Positions 47,184-57,308 of a stretch of DNA of 64,000 bases are shown here, piece after piece. Source of the DNA: Oscillospiraceae bacterium. Its GTDB lineage: Bacteria; Bacillota; Clostridia; Oscillospirales; Acutalibacteraceae. The notes under the pieces were generated by a model. That model searched no databases. It had not been told where the DNA came from and was given only the letters and a program-made list of their open reading frames with translations. Both the position numbers and the translations under genes were made by a program. The DNA lies in assembly GCA_015065605.1 (NCBI GenBank), contig SVPZ01000001.1:14132-78131 (forward strand), read 5' to 3'. Position 1 is the first letter of the stretch. Every line of letters begins with the position of its first letter.

Positions 47184-47201
47184 TTAAGGAGATATAAAGT
47201 G

Positions 47202-47639
47202 ATGACTATTACTGAAAAAGCTGCTTATATAAAAGGTCTTGCTGAAGGTCTTGATCTTGATGCTTCTACTAAAGAGGGTAAAATCCTTAACGCTATTATA
47301 GATTTGCTTTCTGATATCGCCGTTGATATCGAAGATACAGAGGATGCTTGTGCAGAACTCGCTGAGCAGATTACCGCAGTTGATGAAGATCTCTCTGAAC
47401 TTGAAGAATTCGTTTACGAGGAATATGAAGACGAAGATGATTGTGACTACGACTGTGAAGACTGTTCTTGTTGCGATTACGATGACGATGAAGATGACGA
47501 ACTTTATGAAGTTGAGTGTCCCAACTGTCACGACGTGATTTACGTTGATGATAAGATGCTTGAGGAAAAGGGAATTACCTGTCCTAATTGCGGAACTAAT
47601 CTTGAGTTTGATCTTGAAGAAGATAACGACGAAGAATAA
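47202..47639 (+). CDS. highly acidic protein with Cys-rich acidic tract and C-terminal CxxC...CxxC zinc ribbon
   Basis: The sequence reads ...EEYEDEDDCDYDCEDCSCCDYDDDEDDELYEVECPNCHDVIYVDDKMLEEKGITCPNCGTNLEFDLEEDNDEE. The ATG at 47202 follows an aaggag RBS. It resembles the conserved clostridial family found downstream of efp (CD1247-like). Confidence 0.6.
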   Translation: MTITEKAAYIKGLAEGLDLDASTKEGKILNAIIDLLSDIAVDIEDTEDACAELAEQITAVDEDLSELEEFVYEEYEDEDDCDYDCEDCSCCDYDDDEDDELYEVECPNCHDVIYVDDKMLEEKGITCPNCGTNLEFDLEEDNDEE

Positions 47640-47697
47640 TTTTTAATGAAAGCATCCGTTTGGATGCTTTTGTTTTAGTGATGGAAAAGGTGACTTT

Positions 47698-48423
47698 ATG
47701 GCGGTGACGGAATTTAAAATTGAATATAGCGAGGTTTTAGCAGCCTGTGAAAACGCTGTTCCCGTAATAATAGTTGCGGCAGGCTCGTCTTCAAGAATGG
47801 GCGGTATAAACAAAATGTTTGTATCAATTTCCGGAATTCCGGTTATCGCAAGAACTTTGCTTTGTTTTGAAAGAAGCAGATTTGTAAGCGAAATAGTTGT
47901 TGTAACTAAAAAGGAAAGTGTTGCGGACGTTTTGCGACTAAAGGACGAGTATATGATTTCTAAACTTACCGTTGTGACCGAGGGAGGAAACGACAGGCTG
48001 AGTTCGGTGCTTAACGGACTTAACGCGCTTAGTGACGATACGAACGGCGTAATGATACACGATGGCGCAAGACCGCTTGTCAGCGATGCTCTTATTGAAA
48101 AAATGGCTAAAGCGTCCAATAAATACGATTGCGCCGTGTGCGGTATTCCTCTAAAAGATACGATAAAACAAAAAGGGGAGTTTACTAAAACTCTTGACAG
48201 AAGCAGTTTAGTTGCAGTCCAAACCCCTCAATCCGTCAATTTTTCTAAATATAAGGCATTGTTGTCTAAAATAGAAGATAAATCGCTTTATACCGATGAT
48301 GCGTCGGTTATGGAAAGCGCAGGATATAATACCGAAATTATTGACGGTGAAGAAAGCAATATAAAAATCACTACTCCTTTTGATATAAAACTTGCGGAAA
48401 TTCTTTTGAAGGAGGAATTTTGA
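47698..48423 (+). CDS. ispD: 2-C-methyl-D-erythritol 4-phosphate cytidylyltransferase
   Basis: [14 protein letters not shown]-loop-like block and [10 protein letters not shown]; 241 aa. Confidence 0.9.
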   Translation: MAVTEFKIEYSEVLAACENAVPVIIVAAGSSSRMGGINKMFVSISGIPVIARTLLCFERSRFVSEIVVVTKKESVADVLRLKDEYMISKLTVVTEGGNDRLSSVLNGLNALSDDTNGVMIHDGARPLVSDALIEKMAKASNKYDCAVCGIPLKDTIKQKGEFTKTLDRSSLVAVQTPQSVNFSKYKALLSKIEDKSLYTDDASVMESAGYNTEIIDGEESNIKITTPFDIKLAEILLKEEF

Positions 48424-48890
48424 TGCGTATAGGACACGGTTATGACGTTCATCGTTTCGTTGAAGGAAGACCGCTCTTTTTAGGCGGTGTTCAGATTCCT
48501 TTTGAAATGGGGCTTCTCGGTCATTCTGATGCTGACGTACTGCTTCACGCAATTTGCGATGCGCTTCTGGGTGCTGCGGCATTAGGTGATATTGGTAAGC
48601 ATTTTCCCGATACCGATAATAAATATAAAGGTATAGACAGCAAATTACTGCTTAAAAACGTTAGCGAGAAAATTAACCTTCTGGGCTTTAAGGTGGTTAA
48701 TATCGATGCTACCGTTATTGCGCAAAAACCGAAAATTTCTCCTTTCATTGATGAAATGAGAAAAACTGTGGCTGAAATTTTAAAAACCGATATAAACAAC
48801 GTTAATATAAAGGGTACTACCGAAGAGGGACTTGGTTTTACGGGTGAACTTAAAGGCATTTCCTGTCACTGTGTTTGCCTTATTGAATAA
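48423..48890 (+). CDS. ispF: 2-C-methyl-D-erythritol 2,4-cyclodiphosphate synthase
   Basis: [12 protein letters not shown]...[19 protein letters not shown]. The ATG overlaps the ispD TGA. Confidence 0.95.
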   Translation: MRIGHGYDVHRFVEGRPLFLGGVQIPFEMGLLGHSDADVLLHAICDALLGAAALGDIGKHFPDTDNKYKGIDSKLLLKNVSEKINLLGFKVVNIDATVIAQKPKISPFIDEMRKTVAEILKTDINNVNIKGTTEEGLGFTGELKGISCHCVCLIE

Positions 48891-48928
48891 AGTTGTGTTT
48901 TTACTCATAAAATAGTATGGGTGATTAT

Positions 48929-49243
48929 ATGAAGCTGTACGTTTCGTTTTCTCGAGGATATGCATTCGGACTGTGCTTGTTTGCCCTTGTTTCTTTTGCG
49001 GTGCTGGCGGTTGCAGGTAACGGAAAAACTTATAAGGTTTTTGAAAACGAACTTTCAAGAGAATATTATATAAAAAGTAAAGGCTACAGCGTAACAGAAC
49101 CGTTTACGGTGAAAAATATTGTGGTTGACGGGGAAGGCTTAACAGAATATACATATATAGCGAAGGATAAAACCATAATCCGTCTTTGCTTTGACGGGGT
49201 AAAATTGGTTGGGGAAAAGTATGACCGATACAAGACTGGATAA
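48929..49243 (+). CDS. small membrane-anchored hypothetical protein
   Basis: About 104 aa with one N-terminal TM helix (FGLCLFALVSFAVLAVAG). I see no recognisable motif. Confidence 0.4.
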   Translation: MKLYVSFSRGYAFGLCLFALVSFAVLAVAGNGKTYKVFENELSREYYIKSKGYSVTEPFTVKNIVVDGEGLTEYTYIAKDKTIIRLCFDGVKLVGEKYDRYKTG

Positions 49244-49922
49244 ATTTGTTTCAAATCAGACCTTGCTCAGCAGAAATGATGCACGAAAGGCTATTTTTAC
49301 CGGCAGGGTAAAGGTTAACGGAGAAACCGTTACAAAAATTGATTTTAAAATTGATACGAAAAACGATAGCATAACCCTTGACGGCGAAGACGTTGTTTTT
49401 GAGAAATACGTATATCTTATAATGAATAAACCAAAAGGAATTTTATCTGCGACTACCGATAAAAATGCAAAAACAGTTGTTGATTTACTTCCCGATATTT
49501 ATAAAAAAAGAAATATTTTTCCTGCAGGCAGACTTGATAAGGATTCTACCGGTATGCTGCTTTTAACGGACGACGGAGAATTTGCACATAAAATAACCGG
49601 TCCGAAGCATCATATAGAAAAGGCGTATATCGTAGAACTTGACGGCGAAATTACCGATGATGTGATAAAAGGCTTTAAAGACGGAGTAACGCTGTATGAC
49701 GGAGAAGAATGTGTGTCTGCCGTTTGCGAAAAAATCGGCAATACTACCGCAAGAGTAATTCTTACCGAGGGAAAATACCATCAAATAAAGCGGATGTTCG
49801 GTGTTTATGACCTTGGAGTTAATGAACTCCATAGGGAGCGCATTGGAGCGCTTACTTTACCAAACGAACTAAAAGAAGGGCAATTTTGTAAAATCGATCC
49901 CCAAATATTAACAAAAAATTAG
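49221..49922 (+). CDS. rsuA: RsuA/RluB-type rRNA pseudouridine synthase with S4 domain
   Basis: S4 block RLDKFVS...SRNDARKAI and catalytic GRLDKDSTGMLLLTDDGEF. The ATG at 49221 is preferred over the TTG at 49209. Confidence 0.88.
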   Translation: MTDTRLDKFVSNQTLLSRNDARKAIFTGRVKVNGETVTKIDFKIDTKNDSITLDGEDVVFEKYVYLIMNKPKGILSATTDKNAKTVVDLLPDIYKKRNIFPAGRLDKDSTGMLLLTDDGEFAHKITGPKHHIEKAYIVELDGEITDDVIKGFKDGVTLYDGEECVSAVCEKIGNTTARVILTEGKYHQIKRMFGVYDLGVNELHRERIGALTLPNELKEGQFCKIDPQILTKN

Positions 49923-50057
49923 TATTCCTTCGTTTTATTATGCAAATTAACTAAAATAATTGGCCCAAGATTTTCTATTTTAACTATAGTAATTTTGAGC
50001 TGACTTTGATATAATATTTTAGTAATTAATGTCATTCACTATTAGGAGGTCTAAAAA

Positions 50058-51200
50058 ATGGCAAGTTTATCACTTCGCAACGTTTATAAAAAGTACCCCG
50101 GTGGTGTAGTAGCAGTTTCTGACTTCAACCTTGAAATTAAGGACAAGGAATTTATCATTCTCGTTGGTCCTTCCGGTTGCGGTAAATCTACAACACTCCG
50201 TATGGTAGCAGGTCTTGAAGAAATTTCTGACGGTGAAGTTTACATTGGCGACCGTCTTGTTAACGACGTTGCTCCTAAGGATAGAGATATAGCAATGGTT
50301 TTCCAGAACTATGCTCTTTATCCTCATATGTCTGTTTTTGATAATATGGCATTCGGACTTAAGCTCCGTAAAACATCTAAAGACGAAATTCGTCGTCGTG
50401 TTGAAGAGGCTGCTCGTATCCTCGACATTGAACACCTTCTTGAAAGAAAGCCTAAGGCTCTTTCCGGTGGTCAGCGTCAGCGTGTTGCCTTGGGTCGTGC
50501 AATCGTTCGTGAACCTAAGGTATTCCTTCTTGACGAACCTCTTTCCAACCTTGACGCTAAACTTCGTGCACAGATGAGAACCGAGATTTCTAAGCTTCAC
50601 CAGAGACTTGGTACAACCTTCATCTACGTTACCCACGACCAGACCGAAGCTATGACCATGGGTACCAGAATCGTTGTTATGAAGAGCGGTCTTATCCAGC
50701 AGGTTGATACTCCTCAGAATCTTTATCTCTATCCTTGCAACCTCTTCGTTGCAGGCTTTATCGGTTCTCCTCAGATGAACTTTATCGAGGCTAAACTCCT
50801 TAAAGAAGCTGACGGTTACTACGTTGAGTTCGGTTCTGAAGATACCAAGACCCGTGCAGGCGTTAAGTTCAAGATTAAGTTGCCCGAGTCCAAGAACAAG
50901 GATAACTGCCTTGAAGCTTATGCAGGTAAGGAAGTTATTATGGGTATCCGTCCTGAAAACGTACACAACGAAGAAGATCTTCTTGAAACCTATGCAGCAG
51001 GTATTGTTGAAGCTAAGGTTGAAGTTACCGAACTTATGGGTGCTGAAACTTATCTTTATATGGATTGCGAAACTAATGCTATTAATGCACGTGTTGCTCC
51101 TACCAATACTGCTCGTCCCGGTGATACTATCAAAATCGCTCTCGAACCCGAAAAGATTCACCTCTTTGATAAGGATACCGAGAAGACTATCACCAACTAA
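50058..51200 (+). CDS. msmK: carbohydrate ABC transporter ATP-binding protein (MsmK/MalK/UgpC type), orphan
   Basis: Walker [10 protein letters not shown], signature LSGGQRQR, Walker B LLDEP, and a C-terminal MalK-like regulatory/TOBE domain. No permease or binding-protein gene is adjacent. Confidence 0.9.
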   Translation: MASLSLRNVYKKYPGGVVAVSDFNLEIKDKEFIILVGPSGCGKSTTLRMVAGLEEISDGEVYIGDRLVNDVAPKDRDIAMVFQNYALYPHMSVFDNMAFGLKLRKTSKDEIRRRVEEAARILDIEHLLERKPKALSGGQRQRVALGRAIVREPKVFLLDEPLSNLDAKLRAQMRTEISKLHQRLGTTFIYVTHDQTEAMTMGTRIVVMKSGLIQQVDTPQNLYLYPCNLFVAGFIGSPQMNFIEAKLLKEADGYYVEFGSEDTKTRAGVKFKIKLPESKNKDNCLEAYAGKEVIMGIRPENVHNEEDLLETYAAGIVEAKVEVTELMGAETYLYMDCETNAINARVAPTNTARPGDTIKIALEPEKIHLFDKDTEKTITN

Positions 51201-51210
51201 TAAACCTATT

Positions 51211-51240
51211 AAAATGCGGCTTTTTAGCCGCATTTTTTTA
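51211..51240 (+). terminator. intrinsic terminator after msmK
   Basis: Hairpin atgcggct-tttt-agccgcat followed by T7. Confidence 0.85.
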
Positions 51241-51346
51241 TTTGTAATAAATTTGTAACTTTTTTAGAAATTATACTTGAATTTTTGTATATTTTTTAGT
51301 ACAATGTATATGTGAATGTATATTTATTTGTAAGGGGATGCACAAT

Positions 51347-52429
51347 ATGTCAAATCGTTTGTTTCAGGGAGTAATTCATCAGATGAAGGATTCTATCGAT
51401 AAAACCTTCGGTGTTATTGATGAAAACCGCACTATCATCGCATGTAGCGAACTTGGTAGAATAGGTGAGGCAATAAATATACCTGCCGATCTTTCTTTTT
51501 CTGAAACCTCTGTGCAGTCTATGGGTTATACTTTTAAGGCTGTAAATCCTTCACAAAACAGTGATTACGTTGTTTTTGTTGAGGGTGATGACCTTATTGC
51601 CGAAAAGTACTGCTCTGTTATTGCCGTTGCATTTATGAATATTAAATTCTATTATGACGAGAAATATGACAGAGGTAATTTTATTAAAAATATAATCCTT
51701 GATAATATTCTTCCCGGTGATATATATCTTAAAGCAAGAGAACTTTATTTTAACTCGGACGTTATGCGTACTGTAATTCTTATTCGTGTAAACGAGCCCG
51801 GTGATATTTCGGTTTACGATATTATTCAAAATCTGTTCCCCGATAAATCAAAAGATTTTGTTATCAACATTAACGAAACCGATATTGCTCTTGTTAAAGA
51901 AACAAAACCCGGTATTGATTCTAAAGATATTGAGCAGTTGGCATCTACCATTGCCGATACACTTACAGGTGAATTTTATGCTCACGCTACTATCGGTGTA
52001 GGAACTACCGTTGATAATCTTAAGGATTTAGCCAAGTCCTTCAAGGATGCTCAGGTTGCTCTTGAGGTTGGTAAAGTATTTGACACCGATAAGACTATCG
52101 TATGTTATAACAGCCTCGGTATTGCGCGTCTTATTTATCAGCTTCCTACAACCCTTTGCGAGTCTTTCTTAAAGGAAGTATTTAAGCGTGGCTCTATCGA
52201 AAGTTTGGATCAGGAAACCTTATTTACAATTCATAAATTCTTTGAGAATAATCTAAACGTTTCCGAAACCTCCCGTAAACTTTTTGTTCATCGTAATACA
52301 CTTGTTTACCGTCTTGAGAAAATCAAGAAGATCACCGGTCTTGATTTAAGAGAATTTGACCATGCTATTATCTTCAAGATTGCTCTTATGGTAAATAAAT
52401 ATCTCAAATCCAACCCAATTAAATATTAA
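51347..52429 (+). CDS. PucR/CdaR family transcriptional regulator
   Basis: The C-terminal HTH SETSRKLFVHRNTLVYRLEKIKKITGLD is typical of PucR_C. The start is taken at MSNRLFQ. Confidence 0.8.
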   Translation: MSNRLFQGVIHQMKDSIDKTFGVIDENRTIIACSELGRIGEAINIPADLSFSETSVQSMGYTFKAVNPSQNSDYVVFVEGDDLIAEKYCSVIAVAFMNIKFYYDEKYDRGNFIKNIILDNILPGDIYLKARELYFNSDVMRTVILIRVNEPGDISVYDIIQNLFPDKSKDFVININETDIALVKETKPGIDSKDIEQLASTIADTLTGEFYAHATIGVGTTVDNLKDLAKSFKDAQVALEVGKVFDTDKTIVCYNSLGIARLIYQLPTTLCESFLKEVFKRGSIESLDQETLFTIHKFFENNLNVSETSRKLFVHRNTLVYRLEKIKKITGLDLREFDHAIIFKIALMVNKYLKSNPIKY

Positions 52430-52451
52430 TTATTTGAAAGAGTGAATTTAA

Positions 52452-53180
52452 ATGCAAGAAACACAGGAAAATATAGCAGTTTCTGCTAAACCTGTTATTG
52501 AGTTTAAGGGTGTTTCTAAGGTTTATAATAGTGGCACCCATGCTTTAAACGACGTAAATATTACCATAAATGAAGGCGAATTTGTTTTCATAGTAGGTGC
52601 TTCAGGCGCAGGTAAAAGTACTTTTATGAAGCTTATAATGCGTGAAGAAAAGCCTAATACCGGCAATATCGTTGTAAATGGATATAATCTGCCGAAAATG
52701 AAGCATAAAAAGGTTCCTTTTTTCAGAAGAACAATGGGTATTGTTTTTCAGGACTTTCGACTTATTCCGAATATGACGGTTTATGATAACGTGGCATTTG
52801 CAATGCACGTAATCGGCGCTGAAAGCAAAAATATACGTCTTCAGGTTACTAAAGCGCTTTCGTTAGTTGGCCTTGGTGAAAAAGCTCGTTCTATGCCAAA
52901 TCAACTTTCGGGTGGCGAGCAACAGCGCGTAGGCCTTGCGCGAGCTCTTGTAAATAATCCGAGCCTTATTATTGCGGACGAGCCTACGGGTAACGTTGAC
53001 CCCGCTATGTCTTATGAAATAGTTTCTCTCTTGACCGAAATTAATAAGAGAGGTACAACCGTACTTATGGTAACCCATGACCACGATCTCGTTCGTGATT
53101 TCAAACATAGAGTTATAATGCTTGATAAGGGTAGTATAGTAGCGGATAACGCAGGAGGTAAGATAAATGAAAATGAGTAG
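52452..53180 (+). CDS. ftsE: cell division ATP-binding protein FtsE
   Basis: [24 protein letters not shown] and the pairing with ftsX. Confidence 0.9.
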   Translation: MQETQENIAVSAKPVIEFKGVSKVYNSGTHALNDVNITINEGEFVFIVGASGAGKSTFMKLIMREEKPNTGNIVVNGYNLPKMKHKKVPFFRRTMGIVFQDFRLIPNMTVYDNVAFAMHVIGAESKNIRLQVTKALSLVGLGEKARSMPNQLSGGEQQRVGLARALVNNPSLIIADEPTGNVDPAMSYEIVSLLTEINKRGTTVLMVTHDHDLVRDFKHRVIMLDKGSIVADNAGGKINENE

Positions 53181-54174
53181 TGTCAGATATCTTACCAAAG
53201 AAGGTCTGAAAAGTGTATGGACAAACCGCCTTATGTCGCTTTCGTCTATAGGCGTACTTGTGGCATGTATGGTGCTTATAGGTCTTGCCATTCTTTTATC
53301 GCTTAACGTAAATAAAATGATTGGCGACCTTGAAAATCAAAACGTGGTGCTTGTTTTCTTTGATGATTATAATGCCGCGCTTTATTCCGAGGACAGAAAG
53401 GCGCCAAGCGGAGCCGAGGTTGACGAAAACGGAATAAGCGATGATATGTACGTCGTGCATAATAAGGAAGAAGCGCAAAACGTATGTAAAGCCATTGAAG
53501 AAATTGATAACATTTCAAGCGTTGAATTTGTTTCTAAAGAACAAGCGCTAGAAATGACCAAAAACGTTCTTCCCGAAAAGGATATCGACTATTTCTCTAT
53601 ATTAGAGGAAGACGGAGAAAACCCAATGTCTGACGGCGCAAAGGTTACAATGACGGATCTTGAGAAATTTGATGAAACAATTAAGGCTATTACCGCGGTT
53701 AAGGGTGTTGATTCAATACAGTCCCAAAACGGTCTTGCCGAAAAGATTACTGCTATCAAAAACGGTCTGTTTATTGCGGGTATTGCAATAATTTCAATTC
53801 TTTTGATTATTGCTCTTGTTATCGTTTCAAACACCATTCGTGTTACAATGTATAACAGAAAACTTGAAATCAGCATTATGAAGGCTGTAGGCGCTACAGA
53901 CAGTTTCGTAAGAATTCCTTTTGTAGTTGAGGGTGTGACCATAGGTCTTATTTCTGCAATACTCTCTCTTGGAATTTTGTATAGTTGCTACAGAGTAGCT
54001 ATTGAGGCAATTCTTTCGGCTGTCGGAAAGGTTAAACTTATTCCTTTCTCATCACAGGCACTTATGCTTTTGGGAGTATTTGCGGCAATTGGTTTCGTGG
54101 CAGGTACTTTCGGAAGTATTATAATGATAGGCAAATACTTAAAACGTGAAGGCAGTGAATTTGCCGCTATATAA
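53167..54174 (+). CDS. ftsX: cell division permease-like protein FtsX
   Basis: 335 aa: one TM helix, a large extracytoplasmic loop, then three C-terminal TM helices (FtsX topology). It overlaps ftsE. Confidence 0.85.
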   Translation: MKMSSVRYLTKEGLKSVWTNRLMSLSSIGVLVACMVLIGLAILLSLNVNKMIGDLENQNVVLVFFDDYNAALYSEDRKAPSGAEVDENGISDDMYVVHNKEEAQNVCKAIEEIDNISSVEFVSKEQALEMTKNVLPEKDIDYFSILEEDGENPMSDGAKVTMTDLEKFDETIKAITAVKGVDSIQSQNGLAEKITAIKNGLFIAGIAIISILLIIALVIVSNTIRVTMYNRKLEISIMKAVGATDSFVRIPFVVEGVTIGLISAILSLGILYSCYRVAIEAILSAVGKVKLIPFSSQALMLLGVFAAIGFVAGTFGSIIMIGKYLKREGSEFAAI

Positions 54175-54192
54175 AATATTTAAGGTGAATAT

Positions 54193-55377
54193 ATGACTAA
54201 AAGAATTATTGGAAAAATAATTGCAACTCTTTGCTGTTTTACTTTAATCTTTTCTGTGGTAGCCGCTTCTACTCCCGTAGAGGCTGCAAAGACGTTACAG
54301 GATTACAAGAACGAACAGGCAGCAGCTAAAAAAGAACTTAACAGATTAAAGGCTGAAAAAGCCGATAAGCAGAAAATAAAAGACGCATTCGATAAACAAA
54401 TTGCGGCTACTCAGGCGCTTATTGACGAGTGTATGAATAAGCTTAACGGATATAATGCCGAAATTCAAAAAAAGCAAGATGAAATTGATAGACTGGCCGA
54501 GGATATGTCTGACGATAAAGCACTCTTTAAAAAGAGAGTTCGTGCTATTTATATGAGCGGTTCCAACAGTAATCTTCAAATTCTTTTAGGAGCAGAAGAT
54601 TTTTCGGAATATCTTGTGCTTTCCGAAATGACTAAATCGGTTTCTGCTAAAGATAGCCGCCTTATAAGTAAGATTACAGATGCTATCGATAAAATCGAAG
54701 TTGAAAAAGCGGCAATTCAGGTTATTGCCGATGAGCAGGACGAAATCAAATCCGAACTTGATGCACAAAAGAAAAATCTTAATTCTCAGGTTGCCGAAGT
54801 TAATGCTTTGTTAAAAGATATTAACGCCGATATTAATCAGGCGCAAAAGGATTACGATAAAGCAGGTGCAGAAATTGATAAACTTACCGCACCACAAGCG
54901 GGTAATAGTAATCTTACTGCCAATCCTACTATGTTCTTATGGCCTGTACCCGGTTATTACAGAATTTCTGCAGGTTGGCAGAGTAATGACAGCGTTCATA
55001 AGGGTACTCACAAAGGTATTGATATTTCAACCGGCGGACGTTCTGTTGACGTTGTGGCTTGTGACGACGGTTACGTATATATCGTTAAAAACTCTTGTAA
55101 GCACAATTATGGCAAGAACTATTCTTGCGGTTGCGGTGGCGGATACGGTAACTATGTTGCTATTGATCACGGAAAGGCAAGTGACGGTAAATCCTATAAG
55201 ACCCTTTACGCTCATATGAAGACTGCTCTTGTTAAGAACGGTCAGTACGTTAAACGCGGACAGGTTATCGGTAAAGTAGGTACTACCGGTTGGTCAACGG
55301 GTTATCATCTCCATCTTGAAACAATTGTCAACGGAACTAAGGTTAATCCTAAAAAGTTCCAGTATCAAAGACAGTGA
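54193..55377 (+). CDS. secreted coiled-coil M23 peptidoglycan hydrolase (PcsB/EnvC-like partner of FtsEX)
   Basis: Signal peptide, about 220 aa of heptad-rich coiled coil, then a LytM domain with HKGIDIS and GYHLHLE. Confidence 0.85.
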   Translation: MTKRIIGKIIATLCCFTLIFSVVAASTPVEAAKTLQDYKNEQAAAKKELNRLKAEKADKQKIKDAFDKQIAATQALIDECMNKLNGYNAEIQKKQDEIDRLAEDMSDDKALFKKRVRAIYMSGSNSNLQILLGAEDFSEYLVLSEMTKSVSAKDSRLISKITDAIDKIEVEKAAIQVIADEQDEIKSELDAQKKNLNSQVAEVNALLKDINADINQAQKDYDKAGAEIDKLTAPQAGNSNLTANPTMFLWPVPGYYRISAGWQSNDSVHKGTHKGIDISTGGRSVDVVACDDGYVYIVKNSCKHNYGKNYSCGCGGGYGNYVAIDHGKASDGKSYKTLYAHMKTALVKNGQYVKRGQVIGKVGTTGWSTGYHLHLETIVNGTKVNPKKFQYQRQ

Positions 55378-55886
55378 TAGATAAGAATTTAAAACACTCG
55401 GGACTAAACTTAACGTTCCGAGTGTTATTCGCTATACTGACCCTTGCTTTGATGACTTATATTTTTCATCTCTCTGCAGAATCTGCGGAGGTATCAAGTA
55501 AAACAAGTGCGGGTTTAATAGAAAAGGTTGCAGAAACCTTTGTGCCTTCGTATAAAGAGTTGTCCGAAGTTGCTAAAAAGGAATACGTTTCTTCCTTGCA
55601 AGGTATAGTAAGGAAGTTGGCGCATTTTAGTATTTTTGCGGCTCTCGGTGTGTGTAGCGCAGGTTTTACAGCAACTTTTAAGGGTAAATTTTTTATAAAA
55701 CTTATTTTAACTCAAATCTTCTGCAGTCTTTACGCTTTAAGCGATGAATATCATCAAACCTTTTCAAAAGGCAGAAGTTTTCAGTTTTCTGATATTTTGA
55801 TGGACAGTCTTGGGGCTTTTTGCGGAATTGTTTTCGTGTTGTTGATAGCTTTGATTTGTATTAAAAAGAAAGGGTGTAAAATGTGA
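55374..55886 (+). CDS. VanZ family membrane protein
   Basis: 170 aa with 4 TM helices. KLAHFSIFAALG and SDEYHQTFSKGRS are VanZ-like blocks. The start is GTG and overlaps the upstream stop. Confidence 0.7.
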   Translation: MIDKNLKHSGLNLTFRVLFAILTLALMTYIFHLSAESAEVSSKTSAGLIEKVAETFVPSYKELSEVAKKEYVSSLQGIVRKLAHFSIFAALGVCSAGFTATFKGKFFIKLILTQIFCSLYALSDEYHQTFSKGRSFQFSDILMDSLGAFCGIVFVLLIALICIKKKGCKM

Positions 55887-56431
55887 GAAAAAAAGACCTT
55901 TTAAATCAAATTAAATATCTTACTCAAAAGGTTTTGGAGGCTGACAAAACCGTTAAAAAGCTAAATGATGATATCCTTGATAAAGAAGAAGAGATTCGTC
56001 GCCTTAATGAAAAAATTGAAGCAATGGAAGCCTCTTATAACGAGAAACCATTGGAAGAAACTATAAGTGAACAGAATGAAGCAGAGGAAACTATTGAAAA
56101 CGACGTTTCTGTTCCTGAAATGAAATATGAGGATTTTAATTTTGCGAAAGAGAGTATTAATGAAGAATTAGACGACGTAAACGATTATGCTGTAAAAGCG
56201 ATTAGTCGAATTATAACGGAATCTATTAAAATTGGTTGTGTTCTTGCTTCGGGTGATAATCCCAACAAAAAGGAACTTTTAAACCTGACTCTCGGGAGAA
56301 CGGAAGTTGCAAAAAACGAGATTTCTTCACTTATTGAAACTAATCTTAGCAATGCAGAAAAAATTAAAACTATTGATAATGAAGAAAATCAGGTTAAGGA
56401 ATATTATCAAAGTATTCTTGCTCAACTTTAA
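55883..56431 (+). CDS. acidic coiled-coil hypothetical protein
   Basis: 182 aa. The N-terminal ~60 aa are heptad-rich (LNDDILDKEEEIRRLNEKIEAME). No known motif; GTG start. Confidence 0.45.
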   Translation: MRKKDLLNQIKYLTQKVLEADKTVKKLNDDILDKEEEIRRLNEKIEAMEASYNEKPLEETISEQNEAEETIENDVSVPEMKYEDFNFAKESINEELDDVNDYAVKAISRIITESIKIGCVLASGDNPNKKELLNLTLGRTEVAKNEISSLIETNLSNAEKIKTIDNEENQVKEYYQSILAQL

Positions 56432-56489
56432 AAAATTTAAAATTAAGGTTTAGTTTTCAGACATCTGGCAATAATTCTATTAAGAATTA

Positions 56490-57275
56490 TTGGAGGTGTC
56501 TGATATTTTTTGCGGAAAAGTCAGTATTTGCGGTGTTGATACTACAAAACTAAAGGTTTTAAAGGAAAAAGAAAAAGAGGAACTGCTAAAAAGGTATAAG
56601 GCGGGTGATATGACGGCACGAGATGAACTTGTAAACGGTAATTTAAGACTTGTTCTCAGCGTTGTACAACGTTTTACGGGCAGAGGGGAAAATATGGACG
56701 ACTTGTTTCAGGTCGGCTGTATAGGTCTTATTAAGTCTATCGACAATTTTGACGTTACTCAGCAGGTAAAATTTTCCACTTATGCAGTGCCAATGATAAT
56801 CGGTGAAATAAGACGGCATCTAAGAGATAACAGCCCAATAAGAGTAAGCCGTTCTATTAAAGATACGGCATATAAAGCAATGAAGGCAAAGGAAGAGTAT
56901 ATAAATAAATACCAAAAGGAGCCTAAACTCAGTGAAATTGCGAAAATGCTTAGCATAGATGAAAGTGACGTGGTAATTGCTCTTGAAAGCATAGTAGAGC
57001 CTATTTCAATTTATGAGCCCGTATTTTCCGAAGGCTCCGATATGGTTTACGTGCTTGACCAACTTGGCGATAACAGTTCGGCATCAGAATGGCTTGATGA
57101 AATAGCGCTTAGGGAAGCGATAACAAAACTTGATGAAAGAGAAAAGAATATTTTAACCCTTCGATTTATGAGAGGACTTACTCAAACTGAAGTGTCGAAG
57201 GAAATAGGTATTTCGCAGGCTCAGGTTTCGCGTCTTGAAAAAAATGCAATAGATAAAATAAAGGGTAATGATTAA
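56490..57275 (+). CDS. sigG: sporulation sigma factor SigG
   Basis: KVSICGVDTTKLKVLK...LVNGNLRLVLSVVQRF...DDLFQVGCIGLIKSIDNFD...FSTYAVPMIIGEIRRHLRDNSPIRVSRS...GISQAQVSRLEK closely follows B. subtilis SigG. The exact start codon is uncertain (TTG 56490, GTG 56496, or a non-ATG start after the ggagg). Confidence 0.88.
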   Translation: MEVSDIFCGKVSICGVDTTKLKVLKEKEKEELLKRYKAGDMTARDELVNGNLRLVLSVVQRFTGRGENMDDLFQVGCIGLIKSIDNFDVTQQVKFSTYAVPMIIGEIRRHLRDNSPIRVSRSIKDTAYKAMKAKEEYINKYQKEPKLSEIAKMLSIDESDVVIALESIVEPISIYEPVFSEGSDMVYVLDQLGDNSSASEWLDEIALREAITKLDEREKNILTLRFMRGLTQTEVSKEIGISQAQVSRLEKNAIDKIKGND

Positions 57276-57308
57276 AAAAATAAAAGCATATATTTTATTG
57301 GTGATTAT

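Noticed and set aside
47643-48119. 158-aa minus-strand ORF
   Set aside because: It is antisense to ispD, with S/T/L/I-rich low-complexity sequence and no motif.
50070-51233. 387-aa ORF on the minus strand
   Set aside because: It is fully antisense to the well-supported MsmK ATPase gene. Its composition is low-complexity (N/F/K/L/T-rich) with no recognisable motif and no RBS. This is a typical shadow ORF of a codon-biased gene.
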